Origin: Acidobacteriota bacterium
GTDB lineage: Bacteria; Acidobacteriota; CAIWXX01
Reading direction: 5' to 3'
DNA length: 64,000 nt
Assembly: GCA_040755995.1 (NCBI GenBank)
Contig: JBFMAF010000010.1
Location: 64,001 to 128,000, forward strand
In this document: in pieces, positions 18,136-27,905 of the stretch
How positions within the stretch are numbered: position 1 is the first letter of the stretch
Layout: each line of letters begins with the position of its first letter
Translations under genes and position numbers: made by a program
The notes under the pieces: generated by a model
What the model saw: the letters and a program-made list of their open reading frames with translations, nothing else
Told to the model about the DNA's origin: nothing
Database searches by the model: none

Positions 18136-20198
18136 GGTGCGGTCGGCCTCCTCTGCAGGTCCAGCACGAGGCGGCAGCGGGTCACCTTGCCGAGAGACGT
18201 GCCGGCGGGCGGGGACTGCGTGACGACGTAGCCCGAGCCCGTCGCGTCGAAGTCGATGTGGAGCGAGGCGAGTATGCGGGCGGCCTCGCGGATGGTCATC
18301 CCGCGAAGGTCGGGGAAAGCGGGCTCGCCGCTGGCGACCGGCGGGAGCTCGGGCACGGTCTGCGTCCGCGCCGCGGGCACCACCAGCGGGGCGGCGGGCG
18401 ATCCGACCGCGATATCCAGGTCGCTGCCCTCGGCCACCAGGTCCAGCTGCTCTTCGGGGCTCAGCGATGCGTATCTCAGCATCGGCGAGACAGACTGGCG
18501 CCGCTCCGGAAAGATGTTCATGTAGTGCAGGATCTTCTCTGCGCACAGCTTGTAGACCGGTGCGGCGACCAGGCCGCCGTAATACGAACCTTTCGGCTCG
18601 TCGATCACGACGATCATCGCCAGAGCGGGATTGTCGACGGGGGTGAAGCCGACGAAGGAGGAGACGTACTTGCCGGAGGCATACTGTCCGGTGGCTGGGT
18701 CGATTTTTTGCGCCGTGCCCGTCTTGCCGGCCGTCGAGAAGCCGTCCATGCGGGCGGCGATGCCGGTCCCTCGCTCGACGACCTCGGTGAGGATATCCCG
18801 GAGCACACCTGAGACCTCCGGGGAGAGCACGCGGCGGGGAGGCACGGAGGTGGGCATCTCCCATCCGGAGCCGGTGGTGGAGACCATCTGGCGGACGATG
18901 CGGGGGCGGACGATGCAGCCGCCGTTGGCGACGGCGGATGTGGCGACGAGGATCTGCAGGGCCGTCGTGCTGACCTCCTGGCCCATGCACAGAGCTCCGA
19001 TCGAGATCGCGGACCAGTCGCCGGGCCGGCGCAGGATTCCGGGATTCTCGCCGGGCAGGTCGATGCCGGTGCGCATGCCGAAGCCGAACTGGCGCATGTA
19101 GTGGTAGAGGCGCTCGTCGCCGAGGCGCAGGCCGAGCTTGATCGAGCCGACGTTGCTCGAGTGCTCGATGATCTCGCCCACTGTCAGAATCCCGAAGGGC
19201 TTGTGGTCGCGTATCCGGTGGCCGGCCAGCTCGATCGCCCCCAGCTGGCAGTCCAGACGATCTTCGATGCGCGCGGTCTTCTCCATGAGCGTGGCGCCGG
19301 CGATGATGATCTTGAACGTGGACCCGGGCTCGTAGGCGTCTTCAATTGAACGGTTGCGGCGCAGCGCCTCTGACTGCTCGCCGTAAGAGTTGGGATTGTA
19401 CGCGGGCCAGCTCGCCATCGCGAGGATGTCACCCGTGCGCGGGTTCATCACGATTACTGTTCCGCCGCGCGCATGATGGCGAACGATCGCTTCGCGCAAC
19501 GCGTCCTCGACTATGTACTGCACGAACTCGTCGATGGTGAGGAAGATGTTCTTGGCCGGTTGATTCGGCGTGAGGGTAGTCTTGGCGAATTCGCGGCGGC
19601 GCGCGTCGACCTCCCGCTGTTCCTTTCCCGGCGCGCCGCTCAGATCGCGATCGTACTCGTACTCGATCCCGGCCAGCCCGGTATTGTCGAGTCCCACGTA
19701 GCCCAGCAGGTGGCACGCGAGCTCGTCCTTGGGATAGAACCTCTTGCTCTCGTTCACGAAGCCGACACCGTCCAGATCGAGCTTCCGGATCTTCTCGACG
19801 GTGTCGGCAGGCAATTTACGACGTATGTAGACGAAGTCCTTCTTCGCCCTGAGCTTCTCGACGAGCTCCTTGCGCAGCTTCGGCTCGCCCAGTGCCTCCG
19901 CCAGCTTCGTCGCGGCCGTCTCGGGAGCGGTCACCTGCGGAGGATATGCCACACAGCTCTCCACCTCGCGGCTGATTGCAAGCTCCCGGCCGTTGCGATC
20001 GTAGATCGTGCCCCGCTTCGTCTGGACCTCGATCTCGCGAAGCTGCTGCCTCTGGGCTTCGGTCTGTAGCTCGTCGGTCTTCGAGACCTGCAGCACTACG
20101 AGCCTCCAGACGATCGCGCAGGCCCATACGACTGAGAAGAAGACGGCGAAGTAGATCCTGCGCCGTTGTGTCTTCTTTAGGTTCTCCATGGTCGCCAT
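18132..20198 (-). CDS. ftsI: Division class B penicillin-binding protein with C-terminal PASTA domain
   Basis: SxxK (GSTFK), SxN (SSN), KTG (GKTGTAQ); PASTA-like FPDLRGMTIREA. Confidence 0.92.
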   Translation of the reverse strand: MATMENLKKTQRRRIYFAVFFSVVWACAIVWRLVVLQVSKTDELQTEAQRQQLREIEVQTKRGTIYDRNGRELAISREVESCVAYPPQVTAPETAATKLAEALGEPKLRKELVEKLRAKKDFVYIRRKLPADTVEKIRKLDLDGVGFVNESKRFYPKDELACHLLGYVGLDNTGLAGIEYEYDRDLSGAPGKEQREVDARRREFAKTTLTPNQPAKNIFLTIDEFVQYIVEDALREAIVRHHARGGTVIVMNPRTGDILAMASWPAYNPNSYGEQSEALRRNRSIEDAYEPGSTFKIIIAGATLMEKTARIEDRLDCQLGAIELAGHRIRDHKPFGILTVGEIIEHSSNVGSIKLGLRLGDERLYHYMRQFGFGMRTGIDLPGENPGILRRPGDWSAISIGALCMGQEVSTTALQILVATSAVANGGCIVRPRIVRQMVSTTGSGWEMPTSVPPRRVLSPEVSGVLRDILTEVVERGTGIAARMDGFSTAGKTGTAQKIDPATGQYASGKYVSSFVGFTPVDNPALAMIVVIDEPKGSYYGGLVAAPVYKLCAEKILHYMNIFPERRQSVSPMLRYASLSPEEQLDLVAEGSDLDIAVGSPAAPLVVPAARTQTVPELPPVASGEPAFPDLRGMTIREAARILASLHIDFDATGSGYVVTQSPPAGTSLGKVTRCRLVLDLQRRPTAP

Positions 20199-20301
20199 GG
20201 GCGCGAACGGCCGGGCGACGCCGACGCCCGCCTCAGGATCTCGAGCTTCGAACGTCGAATGCCGGCTCGCATCATTCGCCGTTCTCGCAGTTCACACATC
20301 T

Positions 20302-20721
20302 TCATTGGCCGCTATCGATCAGGCTCTCCGGGGCGCGGTCCACCCGAGACATCTCGCTCTGACCGTTCGCCCCGCATTCCAACAGAAACACCTGGTCCTC
20401 ACCCGGCGAGACCAGGCCGAGGCGGCCGCGGGCCAGAGTGTCGATGCGGTCGGGTGCCTGGAGCGCCGAGCGCTGGGTGATGAGCTGTCGCTGCTGCTCG
20501 AGCTGGCTCTCGAGCTCCTTCCTCAGCCGCTCCTGCTCATACCCGGCGCGGATGAATTCGTTCCGCTGCCAGACGTAAAACAGGATCGAGAGCATGAGGA
20601 CCATACCTACGAACATGGAGACAACGAAATCCTTCACGTGCCGGTGGTCGATCTCGCGAAGGATCACACCGTTGTTGACCTTGCGGGTCTGGATCGGTGC
20701 CGTGGCCGTGACCGCCGCCAT
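20302..20721 (-). CDS. ftsL: Cell division protein FtsL
   Basis: Single TM, coiled coil, PDRIDTLARGRLGL; lies between rsmH and ftsI. Confidence 0.85.
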   Translation of the reverse strand: MAAVTATAPIQTRKVNNGVILREIDHRHVKDFVVSMFVGMVLMLSILFYVWQRNEFIRAGYEQERLRKELESQLEQQRQLITQRSALQAPDRIDTLARGRLGLVSPGEDQVFLLECGANGQSEMSRVDRAPESLIDSGQ

Positions 20722-21662
20722 CAGGATGCCTCCTCCGGCACATCGGTGCGCCCGAGCGCCCTCAGCTTCGCCGATCGAGCGCGTGGATTCCGCGCTCGCT
20801 CGGCAGCGCCGGCGATCAACGGTTTCTTCATCAGCAGCTCGTAGTGGGGAGTGCCCGCGAGCTGCCGGAATGTCTGCTTGACGATGCGGTCCTCGAGCGA
20901 GTGGTAGGCCAGGACGACCAGGCGGCCCGAAGCAGCCAGGGCATCGGCAACGTCGTGGAGGAACTCGGACAGTCCCACCAGCTCGCCGTTGACCGCGATG
21001 CGCACGGCCATGAACGGGAGAGTGGCGGGGTTCAACGACCGCCGCCAGCGGCGGCCCGTAATGGCGTAGATCGCGTCGAGGAAGTCGGCGGTTCCGGCGA
21101 ACGGGCGCGCGTGCCGCCGGCGTACGATTCCTGTCGACAGGCGGCGAGCGAATGGTACTTCGCCGTATTCGCGAAAAATCCGTTCAAGCTCTTCCGGAGC
21201 CGCTGTATTGAGAAGCTCGGCGGCGGTTGGACCGCTGCGCGGGTCCATGCGCATGTCCAGAGGCTCGTCGCGCGAGAAGCTGAAGCCACGGCCGGATCGG
21301 TCGAGCTGGCAGGAGCTGATTCCAAGATCGAGGAAACAGCCGCCGAGCGGCAGCCGCGGCATCTCGTGCCGCCTCCAGTTCTTGAAATCGTCGTGGATGA
21401 TAACGGCCCTCGAGCCGAATGGCTCCAGCTCGGAGGTCGCGAGGGCGATGCTGTCAGCATCGCGGTCAAATCCTACCAGGACGGTATCCGGCGCGTGTTC
21501 CAGGAGGCGGCGAGCCTGGGCGCCGGTGCCCAGCGTGCCGTCGATGTAAAAGTAGCCGGGACGGGGGTGGAGCAGCTGGATGCTTTCGTTGGGGAGGACT
21601 TGTAGGTGTGGGGGTTGGCGGGGGGATATGCTTGCTTCCGTTCCCAAAAAGGTAGGCGCCAT
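20721..21662 (-). CDS. rsmH: 16S rRNA m4C1402 methyltransferase RsmH (start uncertain, in-frame ATG also at 21905)
   Basis: DLGISSCQLD, RGFSF, PLDMRMD, HSLEDRIVK, NPRARSAKLR. Confidence 0.92.
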   Translation of the reverse strand: MAPTFLGTEASISPRQPPHLQVLPNESIQLLHPRPGYFYIDGTLGTGAQARRLLEHAPDTVLVGFDRDADSIALATSELEPFGSRAVIIHDDFKNWRRHEMPRLPLGGCFLDLGISSCQLDRSGRGFSFSRDEPLDMRMDPRSGPTAAELLNTAAPEELERIFREYGEVPFARRLSTGIVRRRHARPFAGTADFLDAIYAITGRRWRRSLNPATLPFMAVRIAVNGELVGLSEFLHDVADALAASGRLVVLAYHSLEDRIVKQTFRQLAGTPHYELLMKKPLIAGAAERARNPRARSAKLRALGRTDVPEEAS

Positions 21663-21906
21663 GGAAGGATGCTTGCTCCCTCCCGTCCCGGCTTCAGGCA
21701 AAGTAGGGATGTTGCGTGGTGAAGGTCGACCCCGGCGCTGCGCACGACCTGCGGCGCTCGGTGCAGTTGGCCGCAGCGTGCGGTGCCAGTGCGGGATCGA
21801 CGAGTGCGGTCCGCGCGCATTGACTTCGTCATCGAATGCGCCGGCGTAGTCCTCCTGACCGGCGAGGATGTGCGCCGGGATGAGGAAGGATCTTGCGTTG
21901 CGCATG

Positions 21907-22347
21907 CTATCTTCCAAACGATGCGATCGTTCTCAGTTCTTCGGGTGTGATGGGCGACTGGAGTCGCTTTTCGACAAACACCTGGCGGTTCCAGAGCGAG
22001 AGGTGATTGATCTTGCCGAGGAGGATGCACTCGCCGTCGAGCGAGGCGGTCTCGCGGAGCAGAGGAGGGATAACGGTCCGACCCTGGCCGTCGAGGGAAG
22101 CCACCCTGCCGTAATAGGACGTGAGGTCAGTGAACTTGATCACGGCGGGTTCGAAGCTGGGGCCGTCCTCCAGCCTGCGGGCTATATCCTGCCAGACTGT
22201 GAGTGGGTATATCTTGATCTCGGTCCCGTCGAGGCTGGTGATGAACAGATGCCTGCCCCACTTCTGCTCAATGGCGTTCTTGATGTCAGCAGGCAGCCTT
22301 AGTCTGCCGACGTCATCCATCTTTGCGAAGTGACTGCCATACAGCAT
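21907..22347 (-). CDS. mraZ: Transcriptional regulator MraZ
   Basis: Two AbrB-like repeats (MDDVGRLRLP, LDGQGRTVIP); first gene of the dcw cluster. Confidence 0.9.
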   Translation of the reverse strand: MLYGSHFAKMDDVGRLRLPADIKNAIEQKWGRHLFITSLDGTEIKIYPLTVWQDIARRLEDGPSFEPAVIKFTDLTSYYGRVASLDGQGRTVIPPLLRETASLDGECILLGKINHLSLWNRQVFVEKRLQSPITPEELRTIASFGR

Positions 22348-22394
22348 TGCCAGGCTCCAAACCCCCAAAACGCCACCATTGGAGTGCAGAGGCA

Positions 22395-22420
22395 CTCCAA
22401 TTTGCTCCAATTTGCTCCAA
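22395..22420 (-). promoter_or_regulatory. Probable MraZ-binding direct repeats, three TTGGAG at 10-bp period
   Basis: Minus strand ttggagcaaa ttggagcaaa ttggag, between the promoter and mraZ. Confidence 0.7.
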
Positions 22421-22428
22421 CGCCGACC

Positions 22429-22457
22429 ATTCTACGAGCAGGTTGGAGGCCTGTCAA
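22429..22457 (-). promoter_or_regulatory. Sigma-70 promoter of the dcw operon
   Basis: TTGACA-N17-TAGAAT on the minus strand. Confidence 0.8.
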
Positions 22458-22596
22458 GCATTTTTCTATGATTTTTTCGAGGTAGCGGCGAGGCAGCCCG
22501 GGGCAGCGACGGGGCATGGGGTCGAGAGGCCCATCTGAGCCGGCGGCCCGCTCTTCCAGGGTGACTGCCTGGATCTCGATTGTCCAGCAGCGAGAT

Positions 22597-23019
22597 TCAG
22601 ACTCCAGGCCGCCTTCGCACACCAAGCAGGCTAAGGAGCTTCGCCGTGGGGTACACTTGCACTCCAGCATCGTCGAAGTCGTGGTCGTTGGACCAAATCG
22701 GTGCCTTCAGGTGAATCGCAAGCGCCAGAGTGTCGACGTCGTCGGAGTCGCGCCCACCGATCCGGCGTGACGCTTCAGAGAGACGCGCCTCATACTCCTT
22801 GCCGTCAACCCAGGTAACCGGGAGAGTCGCCAGCGCCATCGACATGACATCCTCGGGGATGCCTTTGCGCCTCGCAAAGCTTCCAAGGTACTCCCGGAGC
22901 TCTGCGTAGACGGCATCCGCCGCGCACACCCCCTCGATCATCGGATGGCCGAGCGCCAGCCGCGCCCGGCCGCCGCCGATGGCGGAGAGGAGCACGTTCG
23001 CGTCGGCGACGAGCCTCAT
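22597..23019 (-). CDS. PIN-domain toxin (VapC-like)
   Basis: LVADANVLLSA ... RDSDDVDTLALA...IWSNDHDF acidic PIN residues. Confidence 0.85.
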   Translation of the reverse strand: MRLVADANVLLSAIGGGRARLALGHPMIEGVCAADAVYAELREYLGSFARRKGIPEDVMSMALATLPVTWVDGKEYEARLSEASRRIGGRDSDDVDTLALAIHLKAPIWSNDHDFDDAGVQVYPTAKLLSLLGVRRRPGV

Positions 23020-23022
23020 CGT

Positions 23023-23310
23023 TCACGCCCCGGTCTTCAGTTGCGCGCCTCTGTGCTGACGCCTCCTCTTCCATTCCTTGAAGCCGGTAGCGAGATCGAC
23101 TTCGGTCACGCGTTTCTTCCTCATCTGTCTGGTCACCTCCGAGACAATCACGGGAAACAATTCCCGCTTGAGCTCCAGCGGAAGCGTCTTCTCCGGACAT
23201 GGAAAGAAGATCCCCGCCAGCTCTCCTCTCCTCATCACCAAGATCGGATCCCGGGAGCGTAACAGCTTTGTGGCCCTGTCTCGGAACTCCTTCACTGTTC
23301 TGATCGTCAT
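23023..23310 (-). CDS. Putative antitoxin with Phd/YefM-like N-terminus
   Basis: 95 aa, TVKEFRDRATKLL...PILVMRRG; directly upstream of the PIN gene. Confidence 0.7.
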   Translation of the reverse strand: MTIRTVKEFRDRATKLLRSRDPILVMRRGELAGIFFPCPEKTLPLELKRELFPVIVSEVTRQMRKKRVTEVDLATGFKEWKRRRQHRGAQLKTGA

Positions 23311-23438
23311 CGGTGGTCACCTCGATGACCACTATACCATCTCCCCGCCCGGCCGGCCAGGACTGGCTACGGCCCCCGCGGCAGGCAGGAACGCGCGCTG
23401 GGTTGCATTGTCCGCTGCTCTGAAGGACAATCTGGGTG

Positions 23439-24518
23439 ATGAAGTTCACGCTGTTTGGGCTGCCGAAGACGGGCAAGACGACTCTCTTCAACCTGCTTAC
23501 GGGGTCACGGCTCGCGACTGGCAAGTTCACCGCCACCGAGAAATCGGCGCACGTGGGCCGCTGCTTGGTGCAAGATCCGCGGCTGAAGCGGTTGAACCAG
23601 ATGTTCAATCCGAAGAGGCTCGTCTTCGCCCAGATCGACTACGTGGACCTTGGAGGGCTCGCCTTCGGCGAGGTGAAAGAGACGGAGCTGCTCCCGCACC
23701 TCCGCAACTCCGACGGCCTCGCCCACGTCGTGCGCGCGTTCGAGGACGAAGACATGGCGCACCCGGGGGGCATCAATCCCGTCAGGGACATGGAGCAGAT
23801 GGAGGACGAGCTGATCCTGGCGGACATGATCGTGATCGAGAGCCGGCTGGATCGGCTCGCGAAGGACCTCAAGAAGGCGAAGCGGCCTGACCTTGAGAAG
23901 GAAGAGTCGTTGCTTCAGCAGCTGCGCGAGACGGCGTCCTCGGGCAGACCGCTGCGCGATCTTGCGCTGAACGAGGAGGAGGAGCGGGTGGTGCGCGGGT
24001 TCCAGTTCCTGAGCCGGAAGCCGCTGCTGAACATCGTGAACGTGGGCGAGAAGGACACCGGAAGGCTGGCCCGCGCCGAAGATTTCCGCCCCGAACGATG
24101 GAAGGGCTCTACGAATGCAGTAATTTCTACGGTCTCGGCGGTGATCGAGGAGGAGATTTCGGAGCTATCCGAGGAGGAGACCGCGGAGTACCTCCACGCT
24201 TACGGGCTCCATGAGACGGCTCTCGCCCGCCTGATACGCGACGGCTACGCGCTACTCGGGCTCATCTCCTTCTTTACGGTCGGCGACGACGAAGTGCGTG
24301 CCTGGACGGTCGACCGAGGTACAACGGCAAAGGGAGCGGCCGGTGCGGTGCACACCGACCTGGAGAAGGGATTCATCCGGGCCGAGGTGGTCGCCTTCGG
24401 CGAGCTGCTCGAAGCGGGTTCGCTCGCGGAGTGCCGCCGCCGGGGCACGCTGCGCCTCGAAGGGAAGGACTACGTCGTGCGCGACGGCGAGATCGTCCAC
24501 ATCCGTTCGGGTATCTGA
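23439..24518 (+). CDS. ychF: Ribosome-binding ATPase YchF (Obg family)
   Basis: GLPKTGKTTLFN, FFTVGDDEVRAW, HTDLEKGFIRAEV, RLEGKDYVVRDGE. Confidence 0.92.
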   Translation: MKFTLFGLPKTGKTTLFNLLTGSRLATGKFTATEKSAHVGRCLVQDPRLKRLNQMFNPKRLVFAQIDYVDLGGLAFGEVKETELLPHLRNSDGLAHVVRAFEDEDMAHPGGINPVRDMEQMEDELILADMIVIESRLDRLAKDLKKAKRPDLEKEESLLQQLRETASSGRPLRDLALNEEEERVVRGFQFLSRKPLLNIVNVGEKDTGRLARAEDFRPERWKGSTNAVISTVSAVIEEEISELSEEETAEYLHAYGLHETALARLIRDGYALLGLISFFTVGDDEVRAWTVDRGTTAKGAAGAVHTDLEKGFIRAEVVAFGELLEAGSLAECRRRGTLRLEGKDYVVRDGEIVHIRSGI

Positions 24519-24521
24519 CTC

Positions 24522-24785
24522 GTGCCGGTGCGACTCGAGATCAAGGTCCAGCCGCGAGCCTCGCGCGACGCGCTTGAAATCGACGCGGCCGGGAAGCTCC
24601 GGCTCAGGCTCAGGGCGCCGGCGGTCGAAGGCGAGGCGAACCGGGCCGCGATGAGGTTTCTCGCGGATCACTTCGGCGTCGCCCCGTCGCGCGTGAAGTT
24701 GCTGCGAGGATCGAGCTCACGCCACAAGGTATTCGAAATCGAAGGAGTCGATCCGGAGGAGGCACGCAGGCGCCTCCCGGGATGA
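24522..24785 (+). CDS. DUF167 / YggU-family protein
   Basis: IKVQPRASR...APAVEGEAN...GSSSRHK. Confidence 0.85.
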   Translation: MPVRLEIKVQPRASRDALEIDAAGKLRLRLRAPAVEGEANRAAMRFLADHFGVAPSRVKLLRGSSSRHKVFEIEGVDPEEARRRLPG

Positions 24786-24946
24786 TCGCCGGATGGGCTG
24801 CCTGACGGCTCGTGGCGAAGCAGCTGCTGCGATCGAGTCGGGTCTATGGGGAGTGCGTCATCGGCCATGGATTCGACGGCGTATGCGATCAGGATTGTGG
24901 TCCTGTGCGGGCGCCGGCCTGCGGCCCGTCCTCCACTATCTACTCT

Positions 24947-26530
24947 CTACTCTCCACCCGTCACATACACGGGGGTGTGCGTGAGCGACAGCCGGACGGC
25001 ACTGTTCTTCGTTGCCACCACGCGGCGGTCCGGTTCCGTCTGCCCCATCGTCGTGATGACGGGCTCGATCGTCACCTTGGCCGCTCCGGTGGCCAGCGAG
25101 ACCGTGATCGCGGGCTGCCCGTCCTCGGGCAAGAGCGCCTTGTTCGGATTGAACCAGGCTACCCATGATCGCCGGCCCGCAGCCCTGATCATGTAGACCC
25201 TGATGCGATCGTCTGCGTACTTCACCCTGCTCACTGTGCTGCCGCTCTTGAGATATCCCATCAGCTGCCTGATCGCATAGAAGAGCGGGTATCTCTCCAG
25301 TACCGCTCCAGTGAAAGCGTCTACGCGCAGGGCTCCACCCCAGGCGGAGATACCGGCGGCCGCCTGGAAGAACGGCATCGTTGCGAGAGTGATATCGCCG
25401 GTGAAGGACAGGTTGATCAGCTTCACGCCCTGCTCGGCGGCGACGACAGCGCGTTTCGTATGGTCGGCGGCCACGAATCCCCGAGTCCAGGCCAGTGATG
25501 CGGCGTCCTTGTTCACGAGCTTCTTGAAGAAGTCGGCCAGGCGGCATCGGTCCGCCTCCACCGCGGGCTTGCACACGTAGCCGAGCGGTTTCGCGGTGCA
25601 CGTGGTGGCGGGGCCCCATCCGATGTAGGAGGTCGGGACTGTGTCGCTGACGACCACGGGCCTGGAGTACCCGCGCCGGCGGGTCTCGTAGCGCAGCCAC
25701 CGGAGGATATCTTCGATCTCGTACGGCCAACCAAGATTGTGTATGTTGATGAAGTCGAAAAGCTCCGGATGATCCAGGATCGCACGCTGGTCGGCCAGAT
25801 CATGTGATGGGTCCGGATGCTTCGTCTCTGCCCAGACGCGATCGTAATCGGCCGGGTTTTTCACGTCGAGATCGACAGGTGTGATGAGAAAAGCCGCGTG
25901 CCCAACGCGAACTGCCGGATAGGCGTTGTGAGCCGCCCTGAAAGCCATGCCGAGAGTGTTGAGGTAGGCGTCCACCGGCTCAGGCTCGTAGGAAGAGAAT
26001 TCAGAGCCGATCTCGAGATAGCGGACGGGCCAGCGGAGGCCCGGCATGTCCGCGACACCGTCCCGGTCGTATCGTTCCACGACCGATTGTATCCACTTCT
26101 CGAAGAGCCGGCGATACTCGGGCTTGGGCGAGGGGTCGGTGTATTTCCCCAAAGGCGGCACGTCGACCGAACCCCATGTGCAGTGCGGCTTCAGGCACAA
26201 CGTCAACTCGGTGAAGCCACTCTGTTGGTACTCGTTAACGAACCAGTCCAGTCGAGTGTAATCGATCTTCTGGTCCGGGCCCTTCTGCATGTCCCCCCAC
26301 TCGACTGCATCCGGGAAATGCTTCATCCCCGTCATGCCGGTCTCCGCCAACGCGCGTGACATCTCGTGAACGAGCGGCTGGTTGTTGACGACCGCGTATT
26401 CCAAACCAATCACGATCCCCTTGCCAGCGAACCGGCCTGGAAGCGGCTCGTCCCCGTTGAGGCCCTCGGCCTGACTCGCAGCTGCAGCACAAAGCTGAAT
26501 CGCAAGCGTCGACCAGGTCATGCCGCGCAT
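24947..26530 (-). CDS. Secreted glycoside-hydrolase-like (clan GH-A-like) protein
   Basis: Signal peptide; VERYDRDGVADMPGL.WPVRYLEIGSE pattern seen in GH5/GH39-like proteins. Confidence 0.55.
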   Translation of the reverse strand: MRGMTWSTLAIQLCAAAASQAEGLNGDEPLPGRFAGKGIVIGLEYAVVNNQPLVHEMSRALAETGMTGMKHFPDAVEWGDMQKGPDQKIDYTRLDWFVNEYQQSGFTELTLCLKPHCTWGSVDVPPLGKYTDPSPKPEYRRLFEKWIQSVVERYDRDGVADMPGLRWPVRYLEIGSEFSSYEPEPVDAYLNTLGMAFRAAHNAYPAVRVGHAAFLITPVDLDVKNPADYDRVWAETKHPDPSHDLADQRAILDHPELFDFINIHNLGWPYEIEDILRWLRYETRRRGYSRPVVVSDTVPTSYIGWGPATTCTAKPLGYVCKPAVEADRCRLADFFKKLVNKDAASLAWTRGFVAADHTKRAVVAAEQGVKLINLSFTGDITLATMPFFQAAAGISAWGGALRVDAFTGAVLERYPLFYAIRQLMGYLKSGSTVSRVKYADDRIRVYMIRAAGRRSWVAWFNPNKALLPEDGQPAITVSLATGAAKVTIEPVITTMGQTEPDRRVVATKNSAVRLSLTHTPVYVTGGE

Positions 26531-26693
26531 ATCAGAGGAGTCCCTTCGCCGTGGGTATTCTATCAGGATCGCGTTGAATCGCTAGCTGCCTGCAGACGCA
26601 TGGGACTGGCGCAACAGGCAGCGAACGGGTTGTCTGCGCCGCATCGCGGTGTATAATTGAACCGGACGCGACGGCATCACGCGGAGGGCAGAG

Positions 26694-27029
26694 ATGAGCG
26701 GTCATATAACGGATGAACGAGCAGCTACATGGGAACTCGATCAGTTCAACCGATTGGCCGAACACCGCCCAGATCTCGTAGGCGCAGTGCTGCGGCGGAT
26801 GATGTCCGAGAACGACGAGTTTCGGTGGGCGATGGTCATCGAGGCTTACATCCATCATAAGGTCAACCTGGGGAGGGCCGCAGAACTACTTGGCGTGCCC
26901 GAGCTCGAATTGCGGCTCAGATTCGCAGAACTGGGGATTCCCGTGCGGGTTGGCCCGCTCGACTTGGAGGAGGCTAGAGCGGAGGCGGCCGCGTTGGAGA
27001 ACTGGCTCTGTAGAGCACCGAGAGCCTAG
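26694..27029 (+). CDS. UPF0175-family putative antitoxin
   Basis: YIHHKVNLGRAAELLGV HTH; paired with the downstream PIN gene. Confidence 0.75.
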   Translation: MSGHITDERAATWELDQFNRLAEHRPDLVGAVLRRMMSENDEFRWAMVIEAYIHHKVNLGRAAELLGVPELELRLRFAELGIPVRVGPLDLEEARAEAAALENWLCRAPRA

Positions 27030-27032
27030 CCT

Positions 27033-27536
27033 GTGATCGCCCTACTCGACAACACTGTTCTCTCGAATTTCGCAGCCATAGGTCGGCCGGATCTGATCCG
27101 CGCGGTGCTGGGAGAATACGCGGCGACTGTCGAGGAAGCATTCGCGGAGCTACAGGCAGGCATCCGATTGGGGCGCCTCCCGTCCGACGACTGGTCATGG
27201 CTGACTGTCCTGAGCATGACCGATGCCGAGCGCGTCCGTTATCAGGAGCTGCGGCAGCGTTTCAACGCAGGTGAATCCGCGTGCCTGACGATGGCATCCA
27301 TGCGCCGACATGCCCTCCTAACCGACGATCGCGACGCTAGGACGCGAACCGCGGTCCTCAAGATCCCTGTCTCCGGCACTCTGGGCTTGCTGGCAAGGCT
27401 CGTCCAGGACGGCGGATTGTCAGTGAGCGAAGCGAACGACCTATTGGCACGGATGATCACGGCGGGATACCGCTCTCCCATCCGCGATGTCGGCTTGATT
27501 CTGGCTGGCCCAAATCCGGCTGGGTCGACTCGATAA
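27033..27536 (+). CDS. DUF3368-family PIN-domain toxin
   Basis: LLDNTVLSNF, GESACL, LLTDDRDAR, GTLGLL. Confidence 0.8.
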   Translation: MIALLDNTVLSNFAAIGRPDLIRAVLGEYAATVEEAFAELQAGIRLGRLPSDDWSWLTVLSMTDAERVRYQELRQRFNAGESACLTMASMRRHALLTDDRDARTRTAVLKIPVSGTLGLLARLVQDGGLSVSEANDLLARMITAGYRSPIRDVGLILAGPNPAGSTR

Positions 27537-27905
27537 GCCGAATCGCCCCAGACACGTCCGTCTGCGCCCCCCTCTGATTTGGCGCCGCGTAGCCTCCATG
27601 TCCATAACGCCGTGACTGCAGACGCACGGTCCGTAAGAAGGTGTTGCTGGGCGCTGTCGCGTCCGACGTCGTGGTCGTAGGCGATTCAACGTCGTCGTCG
27701 ATCGCGGCAACGGTAATCCATGCACCTGGCTTGCCGCCGCCGCGCGAGCCGTTGTGAACCGCGATTCCGCTGTGGTATAAATGCGGCATATGGACACGGT
27801 CCTGATGTCCGGGAGAAGACGCGCCGCCCCAAGGCTGTGCGGGCCCGAGGTGGATCGAGTTGCTGCTTGCCTTCTCGGTCAACGCGGAAGGCGCCAGAGG
27901 GTATA

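Noticed and set aside
8338..18990. Long N-terminal extensions of ftsQ, ftsW, murF and murE in the ORF track
   Set aside because: They overlap upstream genes in another frame; true starts lie at or near the upstream stop codons.
5779..20844. Long plus-strand ORFs opposite dcw genes (similar ones lie opposite mfd and maeB)
   Set aside because: Antisense shadow ORFs typical of high-GC codon usage; no recognisable motifs.
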